64,000 nucleotides of DNA, from contig JBHGNT010000008.1 in the NCBI GenBank assembly GCA_043228905.1, positions 17,112,001 to 17,176,000 of the forward strand, in the 5' to 3' direction. The notes under the pieces were generated by a model. The model saw nothing but the letters and a program-made list of their open reading frames with translations. It was not told the DNA's origin and ran no database searches. A program made the translations under genes and the position numbers. Source of the stretch: Azolla caroliniana (Eukaryota; Plantae; Polypodiophyta). Below, piece by piece: positions 1 to 12,580 of this stretch (position 1 is its first letter; each line of letters opens with the position of its first letter).

Positions 1-241
1 CAAGGTCTCCATATTTCCATTGAAGAAACTAAACTAGACAAGGTAGACAATAAAGATTGGATCATCATTAACCGGTTGGCATGCGGAACAATTCGATCAT
101 GCCTGTCTAGAGAGCAGAAGTATGCTTTCAAGAATGAGACTTCTGCACACAAATTGTGGAAGGCATTAGAGGGAAAATTTCTGAAAAAAAAGTGGTCAGA
201 ATAAGCTCCTTATGAAGAAGAGGTTATTTCAATTTGACTAT

Positions 242-3200
242 TGTAAAGAATCAATGGTGATTCTTGTGAAGCGGAATAGACTAGAGATATGTGTTGTGAG
301 TGTGTGTGAGAGAAAGAGAGATAGAGGAGAGAAACAAAAGATAGATTAGAGAGACAATAGAATACTCAAGAAGATGTATATTACAAAGGAGATTAATCGA
401 CCTAATTACAAAGTAGGAGGAGAGTGCTTTATATAGTCACTCTCTCTCTTCATTAACTATCGAAGCTCATGGGTCATGGGGAATGTAAAAACTCATTAGT
501 TATGTGTCATAGAATACGATTCTATGACACATAGTTAATGTGTAGATAAGAGTGGTGACTTTTGACCTTTGAGTGCACACTCTCAAGGGTGTGTTCACAC
601 ACTAGACTAGGTTGAGCTTGATTCTCAACACGCCCCCTCAAGCTCAACTTTGGTCGACTACTTCGGTTGATGTCCACTTCGGCTCGTATCCGGTACATCC
701 GGATCGTATCCGGTTTGGACGGTATCCGGTTTTCGCTTGTACTCCCCCTCAAGCTTGGCAAATCAAGGACCATCAATCCAAGTTCTGACAAGAATTGCTT
801 AAGCTTGTCGACTCCTAGGGCTTTGGTGAAGATGTCGGCTGTTTGAAGATTCATTATGATATATTGAAGGTCGACATCACCAGCCTGAACATGCTCTCGA
901 ATGAAGTGATAGTGCACTTCGATATGCTTCGTGCATGCGTGGAACACCGGGTTCCGAGTCAGATAAATACTGCTCATGTTGTCACAGCAAAGGAGAATCA
1001 GATCTTTGATGGGAATGCCCAGATCCTTTAATATCCTCTTGAACCATATGGCTTCACATGCAGCCACCGTCGCGCCCCTCTATTCGGCCTCTGTGCTCGA
1101 AAGAGCGACGGTTGGTTGCTTCTTGCTACTCCAAGAGATGGCTCCACTTCCAAGGGAGAAGATGAAACCAAAGGTTGATCGTTGGTCGGCTTTGTAGCCT
1201 GCCCAGTCGGCATATGTGTACCCCTCGAGTTGAATTAGCGTTGCCAACTTATAAAGAATGCCATAGTCCATCGTTCCGCTCATGTATCGTAGCACTCTCT
1301 TAGCACAATCCAAATGGACATGTCGTGGTGTTTGCATGAACTGGCTAAGAAGGCTGACCGGATAGCTCAGGTCTGGTCAAGTGATCGTGAGGTAGATAAG
1401 TCTACCGATCAGTTGTCGATACTGAGTCGGCTCACACTCTGTGGTGCAAGAATTGGCATCTAGTTTGAGGTTTCAGTCGAGAGGTGTTGCCACAGACTTG
1501 CACTCAATCATTCCGAACTTGTATAACAAGTTGAGAATGTAGTGTCGTTGGGAGATCATAATCCCGGTTGGAGTCTGAATTACCTCGATGCCAAGGAAGT
1601 AGTGGAGCTCTTTCATGTCTGTCATCTCGAATTTGTTGGAAAGGAGAGATTTGACCTTGTTGATGTCGATTAACTACTCACCTTTTGGAATCGCTTCTTA
1701 CATAGAGAGAATTATCGGATTTTGACATTCGGAAGCCGATTCAATGAAGATATTGTGTTATCTTCGAGTGCCAAGCACGTGGTGCTTTCTTAAGGCCATA
1801 GAGAGGCTTCTTGAATCGACAAACATCTTTTGGATGAATGCTGGATTCGAAGATGGGTGGTTGTACCATGTACACCTCCTCTTCTAATTCTCCTTGAAGA
1901 AAGACATTCTTGACATCCATTTGGTGGAGGTGCCACCCTTTCGCTACTACAAGTGCTATCACGGTTCGCACGGTTGTCATCCTTGCCACCGGGGAAAAGG
2001 TTTCTTCATAGTCGACGCCCGGTGTTTGTGCGTAGCCCTTTGCTATGAGTCGAGCTTTGTAGCAGTTGACGGACCCGTCAACATTATACTTCACTTTGTA
2101 TATCCATTTGCAGTCGATTGCCTTCTTGTGCGGTGAGTGAGGGACGAGATCCCATGTCTCATTCTTGTTGAGAGCTTGCATCTCCTCGTTCATCGCTTCG
2201 ACCCATCGCGGATCTTTAGCGGCTTTGGCAAAGCTCTCCGGTTCTCGAACTACTGCCACCTTCATCATAAAAGCATAGTGTTATGGCATATAGTCGTCGT
2301 AGCCGCGTCGGCTAACTAGATTCTTCTCTCGGGTGGAGTGACGGAGTTTCTCATTGTCCGATGTGAGTGCTTTCTCAACTTCAGGTGACCTCGTAAGAGA
2401 CATATCAAAGCCATCGAACTCACTATCGAGTGGATGAGTCGATTCGTTGCCGTCGAAGTGATCGTCTTCATATTCCAACATTTTGGCCTTCCCTTTGTCC
2501 ATCTTTGGACTTGGCCGAGATTTGCTTTGGTTGCTCGAAGGCTCGGAGGCTCTTGTGGTCCGCTCAATCTGGTTGAGATCGAACTCTCTTCGAGTATTAA
2601 CCTTAGTTGATCATCGTCTTCTGTGTTGTCGAGGTCGTTCATAGATGGTTCGAGAGGAGTCGGCTCGGGTTTGTACCATGATGTCGATTTGTCAAAGACA
2701 ACATCCCGACTTACACGAGTCTTCCGAGTAGAGGGGTTGAAGCACTTGTACCCCTTTTGCTCCAGTGAGAATACCCCACGAGGATGCACTTCTTTGATTT
2801 TGGATCAAGCTTCTGCCGTTTCTCATCGGGAAGTCGGACCTCGTCCGCCGCCTCGTCCTTGGCCGAATTAGCCTCTTGCTCGACTGCGTCCTCTTCCTCC
2901 ATTCGAATGCGTGTAGAGCATGTGGCCTTCCGAGGCGTTGCTCCTTGCTCGAACATGATTCTCTTCAACTAATAACATAGATTGAAGATCGAAGGAGGCT
3001 AGATTCTCCTGTGCTAGTACGACGGTCCGCGTCGCGCCAAATCGTGGTGCAAGGCCGTTGAGGCATATTTGCACCATTTCGTCATCCTCCACATTGACGC
3101 TTATTGAGCCGAGTGCGTCACAAAGCTCCTTGATTTTCAAGGTGTAGCTTGTGATGGACGTATCCCTTTCTTGGATGTTGTTCAACTCTTGGCGGAGTTG

Positions 3201-4561
3201 AAGCTTCCTCACGATCGTGTTGGCGGTGAAAATCTTTCGTAGATTTTCCCATGCTTCCTTCGGCGTCTCGGCGTCTCGGCTTCTTGAATGTAACCGAACA
3301 TGTGGTCGTGAACACATGTCGTCAAGCAATACATTACTCGACTCGATGCTTGCTCCCATGTTGCATAGTTGACGTCTTCTAGGTCGGGCCGGTTTTCTTG
3401 TGCTCCTTTGATGTACCTCCAATAGCCTTGAACGACAAGGTATTGATGCATCTTGTACTCCCAAGATGCGAAGTTGTTTCGGTACAACTTCTCGCGAGGG
3501 AGAGCGCTCCCTATTTGAGTATTCATTGTTAGGCCATTTTTCGGGCCAAAAATTGTGTTATCGCTAGGGTCGAACAATGGCCTAACATAGGGTGTCCCTT
3601 TGAGACACTTCACCAAAGGGGTGTTGCGGTGAGATAAACTTAGACCAACTCTTAATGAACCCTAATTGGTTACTAATCGGCAATATCATTAGTCATAATA
3701 CACGCGTAAGATAAATTACACTTAGCACAGAACGACAATTAACTTGATTAAGATACAGAACAACAACACTCTTATTAATTATCCGCTAATGATTACAATC
3801 TAACCGGGCCCTTTTATAGGTCTCCGGCTCTAGGTACAAACTGGTGCCAACCGGCAACCAACTACGAACCGGGCCGGATCCGGATCGGCATATCGATTCC
3901 GGGTCCATTTGTTCGCTTCTCAAAATCATAATAATTCTATATTATATATATAATCAGCTCCCGGTTATTAATCATCCCCTTCTTCCATTCTAGACTTTCC
4001 TTACCAGTCGGTTAACATTCATGGTGTTCGATGTAGATTTCTTCCTTCTTCTCTCTTGAATATGTGTTATGTAGTCGCACTACGATAGCGATGAGCCGGT
4101 TCTTCTTGAACATCGGCGTAGAGTTCAACACACGCGAATGGGCGAGATCAAGCTACCAAACCGTTCTGATACCATGTAAAGAATCGATGGTGATTCTTGT
4201 GTAGAGGAATAGACTAGAGATATGTGTTGTGAGTGTGTGTGAGAGAAAGAGAGATAGAGGAGAGAAACAAAAGATAGATTAGAGAGACAATAGAATACTC
4301 AAGAAGATGTATATTACAAATGAGATTAATCGACCTAATTACAAAGTAGGAGGAGAGCGCTTTATATAGTCACTCTCTCTTCATTAACTATCGAAGCTCA
4401 TGGGTCATGGGGAATGTGAAAACGCATTAGTTATGTGTCATAGAATATGATTCTATGACACATAGTTAATGCGTAGATAAGAGTGGTGACTTTTGACCTT
4501 TGAGTGCACATTCTCAAGGGTGTGTTCACACACTAGACTAGGTTAAGCTTGATTCTCAACA
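242..4561 (-). mobile_element. Ty1/copia element B, internally deleted, nested antisense in gag of A
   Basis: Similar LTRs at 242-630 and 4175-4561, TSD ACTAT (237-241 / 4562-4566), Met-i PBS (revcomp ttctgatacca, 4164-4174), PPT at 631-640. Gag, RT and RH fragments are on the minus strand; the PR and INT core is missing near 2840. Confidence 0.93.
3527..4017. mobile_element. Solo LTR inserted at the gag start codon of element B
   Basis: TGTTA...TAACA ends with perfect TSD TTCAT (3522-3526 / 4018-4022); no internal domain. Confidence 0.85.
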
Positions 4562-7500
4562 ACTATAAACCAAGTACTACTATGAATGATCACATCACCA
4601 TGTTTAATCAATTAGTGGCAGACCTATTGAATTTAGATGTTAAATTTAAAGATGAGGATCTGGCTTTGATATTGTTATCATCTCTTCTCGATGAATTTGA
4701 ACATTTGGAAACTACATTACTTCATGGGAAAGAGAATGTATCATTAGATGGTGTTTGTTCTGCTTTATATAGTCATGAATTGAGAAAGCAAGATATGATG
4801 ATAACCAAAGCAACGACATCAGAAGAAGCATTGGTGGCAAGAGGTTGTCAACAAAGCCATACTAAAGGGAAAAGAGGAAGGTCCAAATCAAAAGGCCGAG
4901 GCATTGCCAAAAACGAGTGTGCTTTCTCTCATGAGAAAGGGCACTAGAAGAAAGATTGTTCAAAGTTGAAGAGGAAAGGAAAGAGTCCACAAGATGCAAA
5001 TGTTGCAGAATGCAGTGATGTGGAATCCAATATTTCCTTAGTGGTTATGCCTTCAGTGTCAACACGTCCAAATGAGTGGATTTTGGATTCAAGTTGTACC
5101 TATCATATGTGTCCTATTTGAGAATGATTTTTTGAATTTTAGGAAGTCGATGGTGGGGTTGTTTACATGGGTAATGATCATCCATGTAAAACAGTCATGA
5201 TAGGTTCAATCAAGTTGCGCAATCATGATGGAACCACAAGAATTTTGAGGGATGTGTGATACGTGCCAAAGTTGAAGAAGAATCTCATCTCCTTGGGGGC
5301 TCTTTAATCTAAGGGCCTTGTTGTGATGATGCAAGATGGAGTTCTTAAGGCAACTTTAGGAGTATTGGTGATGTTGAAAGGCATACGGAAGAACAATCTA
5401 TACTATTACCAAGGTAATACAGTGGTGGTGACAATGGCATTAACAACTTCAAGTACCAAGAAAGACACTAAAGCAATGAAGTTGTGGCATATGCGGTTGG
5501 GATATGCTGGTGAAAAGTCTTTGCAAATTCTTGCAAAGCAAGGATTGTTGAAAGGCATGAAGACTTGCAAACTTGATTTTTGTGAGCGTTGTGTTTTGGG
5601 AAACCAACGTAGAGTGAAGTTTGACACTGCAATTCATAATACCAAGGGTATTTTGGATTATGTGCACTCAGATGTGTGGGGACTTACCAAGACTCCATCC
5701 ATTAGAGGTAGGCATTATTTTATAGCTTTTGTTGATGATTTTTCCAGGAGAGTTTGGGTGTATACGATGAAGAACAAGAGTGATGTGCTTGGAATTTTCC
5801 TTAAGTGGAAAGCTCAAGTTGAAAACCAAACATGGAGAAAGATCAAGGTTCTCCAAACAGACAATGGTGGAGAATGCAAGAGTGATCCATTTTTGGAAGT
5901 ATGCCAAGATCGTGGCATATATTGGCATTTCACCGTTAGAAGGACACCACAACAGAATGGGGTGTCAAAGCGTATGAATAAGACACTTGTGGAGAAAGTT
6001 TGTTGTATGTTGTCTAGCGCTGGATTAGGCAAAAAAAATTGGGTTGAGGTTGTGACGTACACTCAACATCTCATCAATTGTTTGCCATCATTTGCTATAA
6101 GTGGCAAAACTCCATTAGAGGTATGGTCCGGAAAACTTGCAACTGATTATGATACTTTGCATATTTTTGGTTCTACTGCATATTATCATGCAACTGAATC
6201 AAAGTTGGATCCACGAGCAAAGAAGGCTCTTTTCATGGGATTCAATGTTGGAGTGAAGGGATACTATTTGTGGTGTCTTGAGGTAAAGAAAACAATTATC
6301 AATAGAGATGTTACCTTTGATGAATCTGCCATGTTGAACAAGGTAAATCAGGAAGAACCGAATTATACTCGAAGACAAGTGGAGGGTACTCCAAAGCAGG
6401 TGGCGTTTGAGCAGACAATGGCGACCCCAAGGCGAAGTACCACCGGTGAATCTCCTATGGTAGAAGAAGAGTCAAATGAGGAAGAGGTTCTGACCCCAGA
6501 ACCTCTACAACAATAAGAACCGATAGCAATAAGAAGACAGAGACGAGTAATTCAAAAGCCTACTCGTTTCACTGACATGGTAGCTTATGCACTTCCAGTT
6601 TGTGATGATAATGTTCCATCCACCTACCCAGAGACCATTCGGAGCACAGAAAGTGGTAATTGGGTTAGTGCAATGGAAGAAGAGATGCAATCTCTTCAAA
6701 AGAACAAGATGTGGAAGCTCACACAACTACCAAAAGGGAGAAAGGCAATTGGGTGCAAATGGGTATTTACAAAGAAAGAAGGATTTCCAAGATAAGAAGA
6801 CATTCGATACAAGGCAAGATTGGTAGCTAAAGGCTATGCTCAAAAGGAAGGAATCGATTATAATGAGGTATTTTCTCCGGTTGTAAAATATTCCTCCATT
6901 AGAATTTTGTTGGCCTTGGTAGTACAGTTGAATTTGGAGCTAGCTCAACTTGATGTGAAGACCGCATTCTTAAACGGTGATTTGAAGGAGGAAATCTATA
7001 TAACTCAGCCAGAAGGATACAAGGTTGCTGGTAAAGAAGATTGGGTTTGTAAACTTAGCAAAGTGTTGTACGGGCTGAAACAATCTCCGAGACAGTGGTG
7101 CAAACAATTTGACAAGTTCATGAAGGGTCATAAATACAAGAGAAGCAAATATGATCATTGTGTGTATTTGCGAAATCTTCAAGATGGTTCATGCATCTAC
7201 TTACTCTTATATGTTGATGATATGTTGATTGCAACCAAGAGTCAAGTTGAGATTGACAGATTGAAGGCTCATATGAGTAAAGAGTTTGAGATGAAGGATT
7301 TGGGGGAAGCCAAGAAGATTCTCGGTATGGAGATAAGTAGATAGAGAGACAAACTTTGGCTCTTTCAAAAGCAGTATTTGAAGAGGATACTACAACGTTT
7401 TGGTATGTATGATGATACAAAACCTGTAAATACTCCACTTGCTCCTCACTTGGAAGCGAGAATACATGGCGAAAGTCCCATATGCAAATGCGGTTGGAAG

Positions 7501-8249
7501 CTTGATGTACGCAATGGTGTGTACAAGACCTGATATTTCACATGCTATTAGTATTGTTAGCAGGTATATGCATGATCCACGCAAGGGTCATTGGCAAGCT
7601 GTGAAATGGATTATGCGGTATCTTAAAAATATTGTGGATGTTGGATTGACATTCGAACAAGACAAATCACTTGGTAAATGCATAGTTGGATATTGTGATT
7701 CTGATTTTGTAGGTGATTTAGATAAGCGACGATCTACAACTTGCTATTTGTTCACTTTGACAAAGGTGCCAGTTAGTTGGAAGTCTACTTTACAATCAAT
7801 TGGCTCTATCTACAACAGAGGTAGAGTATATGGCAATCACTGAGGCTGTGAAGGAGGCAATTTGGCTTCATGGACTGCATAAGGACTTGGGAGTAGGTCA
7901 AAAACAACTTGATGTGTATTCTGACAATCAGTGTGTTATTCATTTAGCAAAGAATAAACTCTTTCACTCACGGATGAAGCACATTGATGTTCGCTATCAC
8001 TTTGTACGAGAAATTCTAGAAGAAGAGGAGATACTTCTCCAAAAGATTGATACTAAGGAGAATCCTATAGACATGCTGACCAAGGTGGTTACAAGGGCCA
8101 AGTTTGAACATTGTTTACACTTGGTTAATATCCAACACATTTAAAGTTGGCGCCTCACGACGCAAAGTTGAAAGCGGTCAGTTTTATTTTTTGTTTGCTT
8201 GAGAAGATTTTTATTTGGAAGTATTAAAGATTGTGCCAAGGTGGAGATT

Positions 8250-8507
8250 TGTTAGTCTTTGGCCCATTCTTTATCCCACATAGTTGAGGGAGGTGGTTTG
8301 GGAGCTATAAATACACTCCTCTTCCTCTTAGTTTAATATCCTCAATTTTGTATCTTCTCTTCCAATCTTAATAGAGTTGCTGCTTTGGAGGACGTAGGCT
8401 TAATTGGCTGAACCTCGGTAATTTTGGTGTTGTTTTATCTTTTCTTCTTACTCTATATAATAGCTTTATTTCTGGTTATGTCTTGTTATTTCCACGCTTC
8501 CACAACA
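8250..8507 (+). repeat. 3' LTR of copia A
   Basis: Starts TGTTAG directly after the PPT, ends CACAACA, contains TATAAATA. Confidence 0.75.
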
Positions 8508-9489
8508 ACTTCTTCTTGTTGGTTGAGTAGAAGGAGACCTAAGGATAGACTTAAACTTAATAGTATTGCTTGCAAGCAATGACTATGTACTTGTGATCAA
8601 TTTGTCAATAGTAATTGGTTAATCAATTGAGAGAAAGATATTTAAGAATACAACCTTTACTCTATTAACCACAAAGTGGTTTGGTTTGGAACTATCTTAG
8701 CCAAGTTTTCAACTATTCAAATATAGCATTTGCAGCATGATGATGTTGATAATCACCTCGATCTACATGACAGAGCAATTCAATCATTTCCTAAATATTG
8801 ATCTCAATCCCACCCCTATCATGCATGTCACATTTTAAGATAAGTTATTGATCAGCAATATTCTTGCATATATTCACAAGGCATCCTTGCCCTCTTATGT
8901 GATCTTGTTGACTTCGATTGTATCACCACTATCAATGTGAGTTGTTACATGTTGAATGACTACATACGTACATGCATGATCCACACCCTTGCCACAAAGC
9001 ATCCTGAGGTAGATAAATCTTGTTCCTCAACAACTTAATCAAATAACCATGTATTGGCAACACTAAATTAACTATAGTACCAATGCTATAGTGATTTTTA
9101 CATGGAATGAATATAGTTTCTTGTTTTCACCTATGTATGGATGAGAGAGAGAGAGAGAGAGAGAAGAAGAGGAAAAAAGCAAGAGAGGAGAGGGGAAGAA
9201 GAAGATATTATTTTTTGTTGTTGCACTCTATTGGCAATGAAATTTGGCACAAAGAGAAGCGTTGGAAAGCCATTTGTTGGAGCTTCGTAAGGAGATATAG
9301 AAAGTTTAATTTGGTGGTCTATAGTAGAAGCAATGATAGAGGTTAAGAATTGTGTGTTGTCAACATACATATACTCATCATGCATTACTCATCATGCATT
9401 TATGTTGCAGATGAATTGAGGATGGTTGTGGTGGTTGGATGATGCACGGTTAATTTTTGGTGGAGGCTTTGGGTTTGCTGTTTGAGGCC

Positions 9490-9606
9490 AAGGGTTAGGG
9501 TTAGGGTTAGAGTTAGTTTTCAGGTTAGGAATTGTTTTAGAGCTAGGGTTAGGGTTAGGGTTTGTTCTCAAATTAGGGTTAGGGTTTGTTCTCAAGTTAG
9601 GGTTAT
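9490..9606 (+). repeat. Interrupted (TTAGGG)n-like tract
   Basis: Runs of gggtta separated by short spacers; reads NPNPNP in the minus-strand ORF 9392-9691. Confidence 0.7.
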
Positions 9607-12138
9607 TGTGATGAGTTGTATACTGAAATTTGTCGTATTGTACTTTCTCAAAACTATTTACCACCTTTTCAATATCATCATCTAACTCCATATCTATGTC
9701 AATCTCTCTAATATGGTGCTTACTTGTGCTCTGAGTGTTGTTGTTTATTGATTGTGCTTTATCTCTTCTTTGTATAGAAGCAACCCTAAAGGCTTCCCTA
9801 TAAATGAATGAGAGAGCTATAGTATTGCATTCTTTTAAAATATTAATTGCTAAATCTACTTGGAAATCTCAAGCTATTTGCTAAACGAGTTTGGGCTTGA
9901 ATCGGGTTCCACTACTTCGCCAAAACAAACAGGAGCTTTTAGGAGATTAGCAAGCTTGAGTATATCCACTCGCACGGTTATAGGAAAGTCATCTACTATT
10001 TTTGTATAGTAATGGACAAGGCTGTCTACATGCTTAACATATGTTGTAGTGAGATCTTTACTATATTGTGTTGTGATGGAAGTAAACTCTATGTGTAGGC
10101 TTTTATTAATATCTTCATGTTCAATAATTAGTCTAGGGGGTTGGATTCTCAAGCTATGAGGGGCTATATTATGTGAATTTAGGTTCGACATACGAGTGTA
10201 TGTTCTTTTTGCTTTTTGTGCTTTTTGATAGAGGTTTTTAAACTCTACAATTATCCTACACTTGTAATCTTCAAAGTGTTGGGAAATTAGCGGTGATTCA
10301 TTGGAGATTACCTAGGTACTAGTAGTTTTTGGAGGGCTCAAAGTAGTTGAAACTATTGGAGCTCATGGTCTTTTCGTTGGTCGTTTGTTGGCGCTTCTAG
10401 GTTTCGTAGGTGTAGTCGAAGTAGCCACCGCAAAAGTCATCATTTGTTGCGGAGGGAACTCGGCATTGAATGGTGATTCGATGTGAGTCAAAGTATCACT
10501 ATTATGGGTTCCAAACTCCGATGATAATCCCTCCATAGAAAATATGATCTAGCTTTTATTGTTAACCGTTGGGTTGTAGCAAAGAGTGCGAGCCACTTTG
10601 CGATAGGGTAGTTAATGTAATAGGAAGAAAATAGATTATGAGCACAACAGTGAGAGAAAGGGAGGGAAGAAGATGGCCCCACGCAGTTCAAAGACAGGAA
10701 TCATCGCCATGAAGAAAACAATAACCTCATCTGGCCACCCAGTTTGACGTAAAATCGAAGCAATTTTAAGACCAAGATGAGAAGCTTTAATGGTAGCCTT
10801 TGAAGCTTGGGCACATCAACAAAATAGACTAGTTGAAATAGAGAGAATTCCAAGGGATATTATGATGCTTTTTAGTGATGAATGTATGAGCTTTACACTA
10901 TTGGAATCTTTAGAATCTGAAAAACAGTTTTCTATGGGTGATTGCCTTGTGTTCTTATTACATTTTCCCAGCATCACCTATGACGAACACATGGTACACA
11001 AAATTACATAAACTGTAATTGACCTTCATTGGTGAAAAATCAGAGTCTAAATTTGTAAAAATACAATTTTGACATGCCATCCGTTTGTGTTTAAATACTA
11101 AAATATTACAATGACTGTTGCTGAGACCACCTTCATGAGTTTTGACGATCTCGCAGTCACACGATCAATGCAACTAAAGCACAAAGGAAATATTCAATTA
11201 GTTATGAGAGAAACATGATGTTTTGTACAATAACAGTCTTCTGAAAAGTGGCAATCATGTAGAACCATACAGCTAGAGACAACGTGTATACAAAAATGCA
11301 ACCTAGATGGTGGTCAATGATCTTGTTGTTGGGTAGATAGTCATTTATTTTTTCTTCCTCTTCTTTCTACCATTATCATAGGTCAATGTCTTGGGCCTCT
11401 TGGAGCTAATTGTATTTATTTTATAGTTCATTTTTGAACTGTGACTCTTAAGACATCATTATCATCTATGTCTCAGCATCTTCGCACAAAAAAGAGATTT
11501 GTCTTTGTACCATACCCTATGTCCTCATCAATGTTTCGACATCTTTGCACTTGGAAAGTTGTTTGTCTTTGTGCCATAGTTCATTTTGATATTTTAAAGA
11601 TTCTAATACATCATCACATCAGTGTCCAAACAATCTTGCATTAGGAATGACACTTGTCTTTGGTCCATAGTCAATTTTTAAATTCTTTTGGCTATGATAA
11701 ATCATTATCATCAATATTCCAGCACCAATGCACTTCCAAAGGCATTTGTCTTTGTGCCACACTTCATTTCGATGTTTTGTAAACTCTAATACCTTCACAC
11801 TCTTGTACTTGGAAAGATGCTATCTTTATGCCATTATATATATTGATATTATACTCTAATACATCACTATCATCAGCTCTCACCCCCCCAACAATGTCAA
11901 TGCCAGCCACTAGGGTACCAAGAAAATTAACAAATTTCTACAAGAAAAATCAGAAGTCTCCCTTGAGTAATAAGAATAAATAATGCATTCATTTGCAAAC
12001 ACAGGGGGTATTTTTTTATATCTAGGATAACTGTATAAGAATTTATGTAGTCATACTAACGAAAAGACTCTAGTGTGACAAAGAAGACCGGTGGAAGAAA
12101 AACAAATTTTATCAATTGTGAACTAAGAATCACAAAAC

Positions 12139-12580
12139 TGTTAGCCAGTCGGCTACCGAAGGATAAAAGCCGGCATACAAGTCAGAGTCAGAGTCAGATG
12201 TGTATGAAAAGATAGGATTTGAATTGTAATTTTTGCCAAGCATAAAAAATATAATAATTTAAAAAATAGGACGGTTTTGTATAATTGTAGGTTCATGCCG
12301 AACAAGCAAGTGTATAATCTTGGAAAAGACTCTTGGATCGCCTATGAAAAGGGGCTGAGAGCATTGTATTATCATTAGTAGTAATATACTTTTGGTAGTT
12401 ATAGTATTTGCTGTGTCGACTGTTCTGTTCTGTTTTATTCTGTTGTCTATTGCGTCGAATGTTAGAATTCAGTTCTGCTATACATAATTGTATAGCAGAA
12501 CTGAATATGTTCTAATTCTATTAATTACATTATGTGCAACTATTATTTACATAAGTTCGGAGTAACTGCTAGTATCAACA
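12139..12580. mobile_element. Possible old solo LTR
   Basis: TGTTAG...TCAACA ends; flanks AAAAC / AATAC match 4 of 5. Confidence 0.4.

Larger units (their letters stand above)
1..8507 (+). mobile_element. Ty1/copia element A (5' end outside window), degenerate gag-PR-INT-RT-RH, interrupted at 241/4562 by element B
   Basis: gag fragments at 1-241 and 4562-4947 rejoin across TSD ACTAT. INT (LWHMRLG, HSDVWG, TDNGGE, TPQQNG) lies at 5323-6516, RT (LLLYVDDML) at 6820-7344, RH (ALSTTEVEY, KHIDVRYHF) at 7800-8144. PPT gccaaggtggagatt precedes the LTR. Many stops and frameshifts. Confidence 0.92.
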
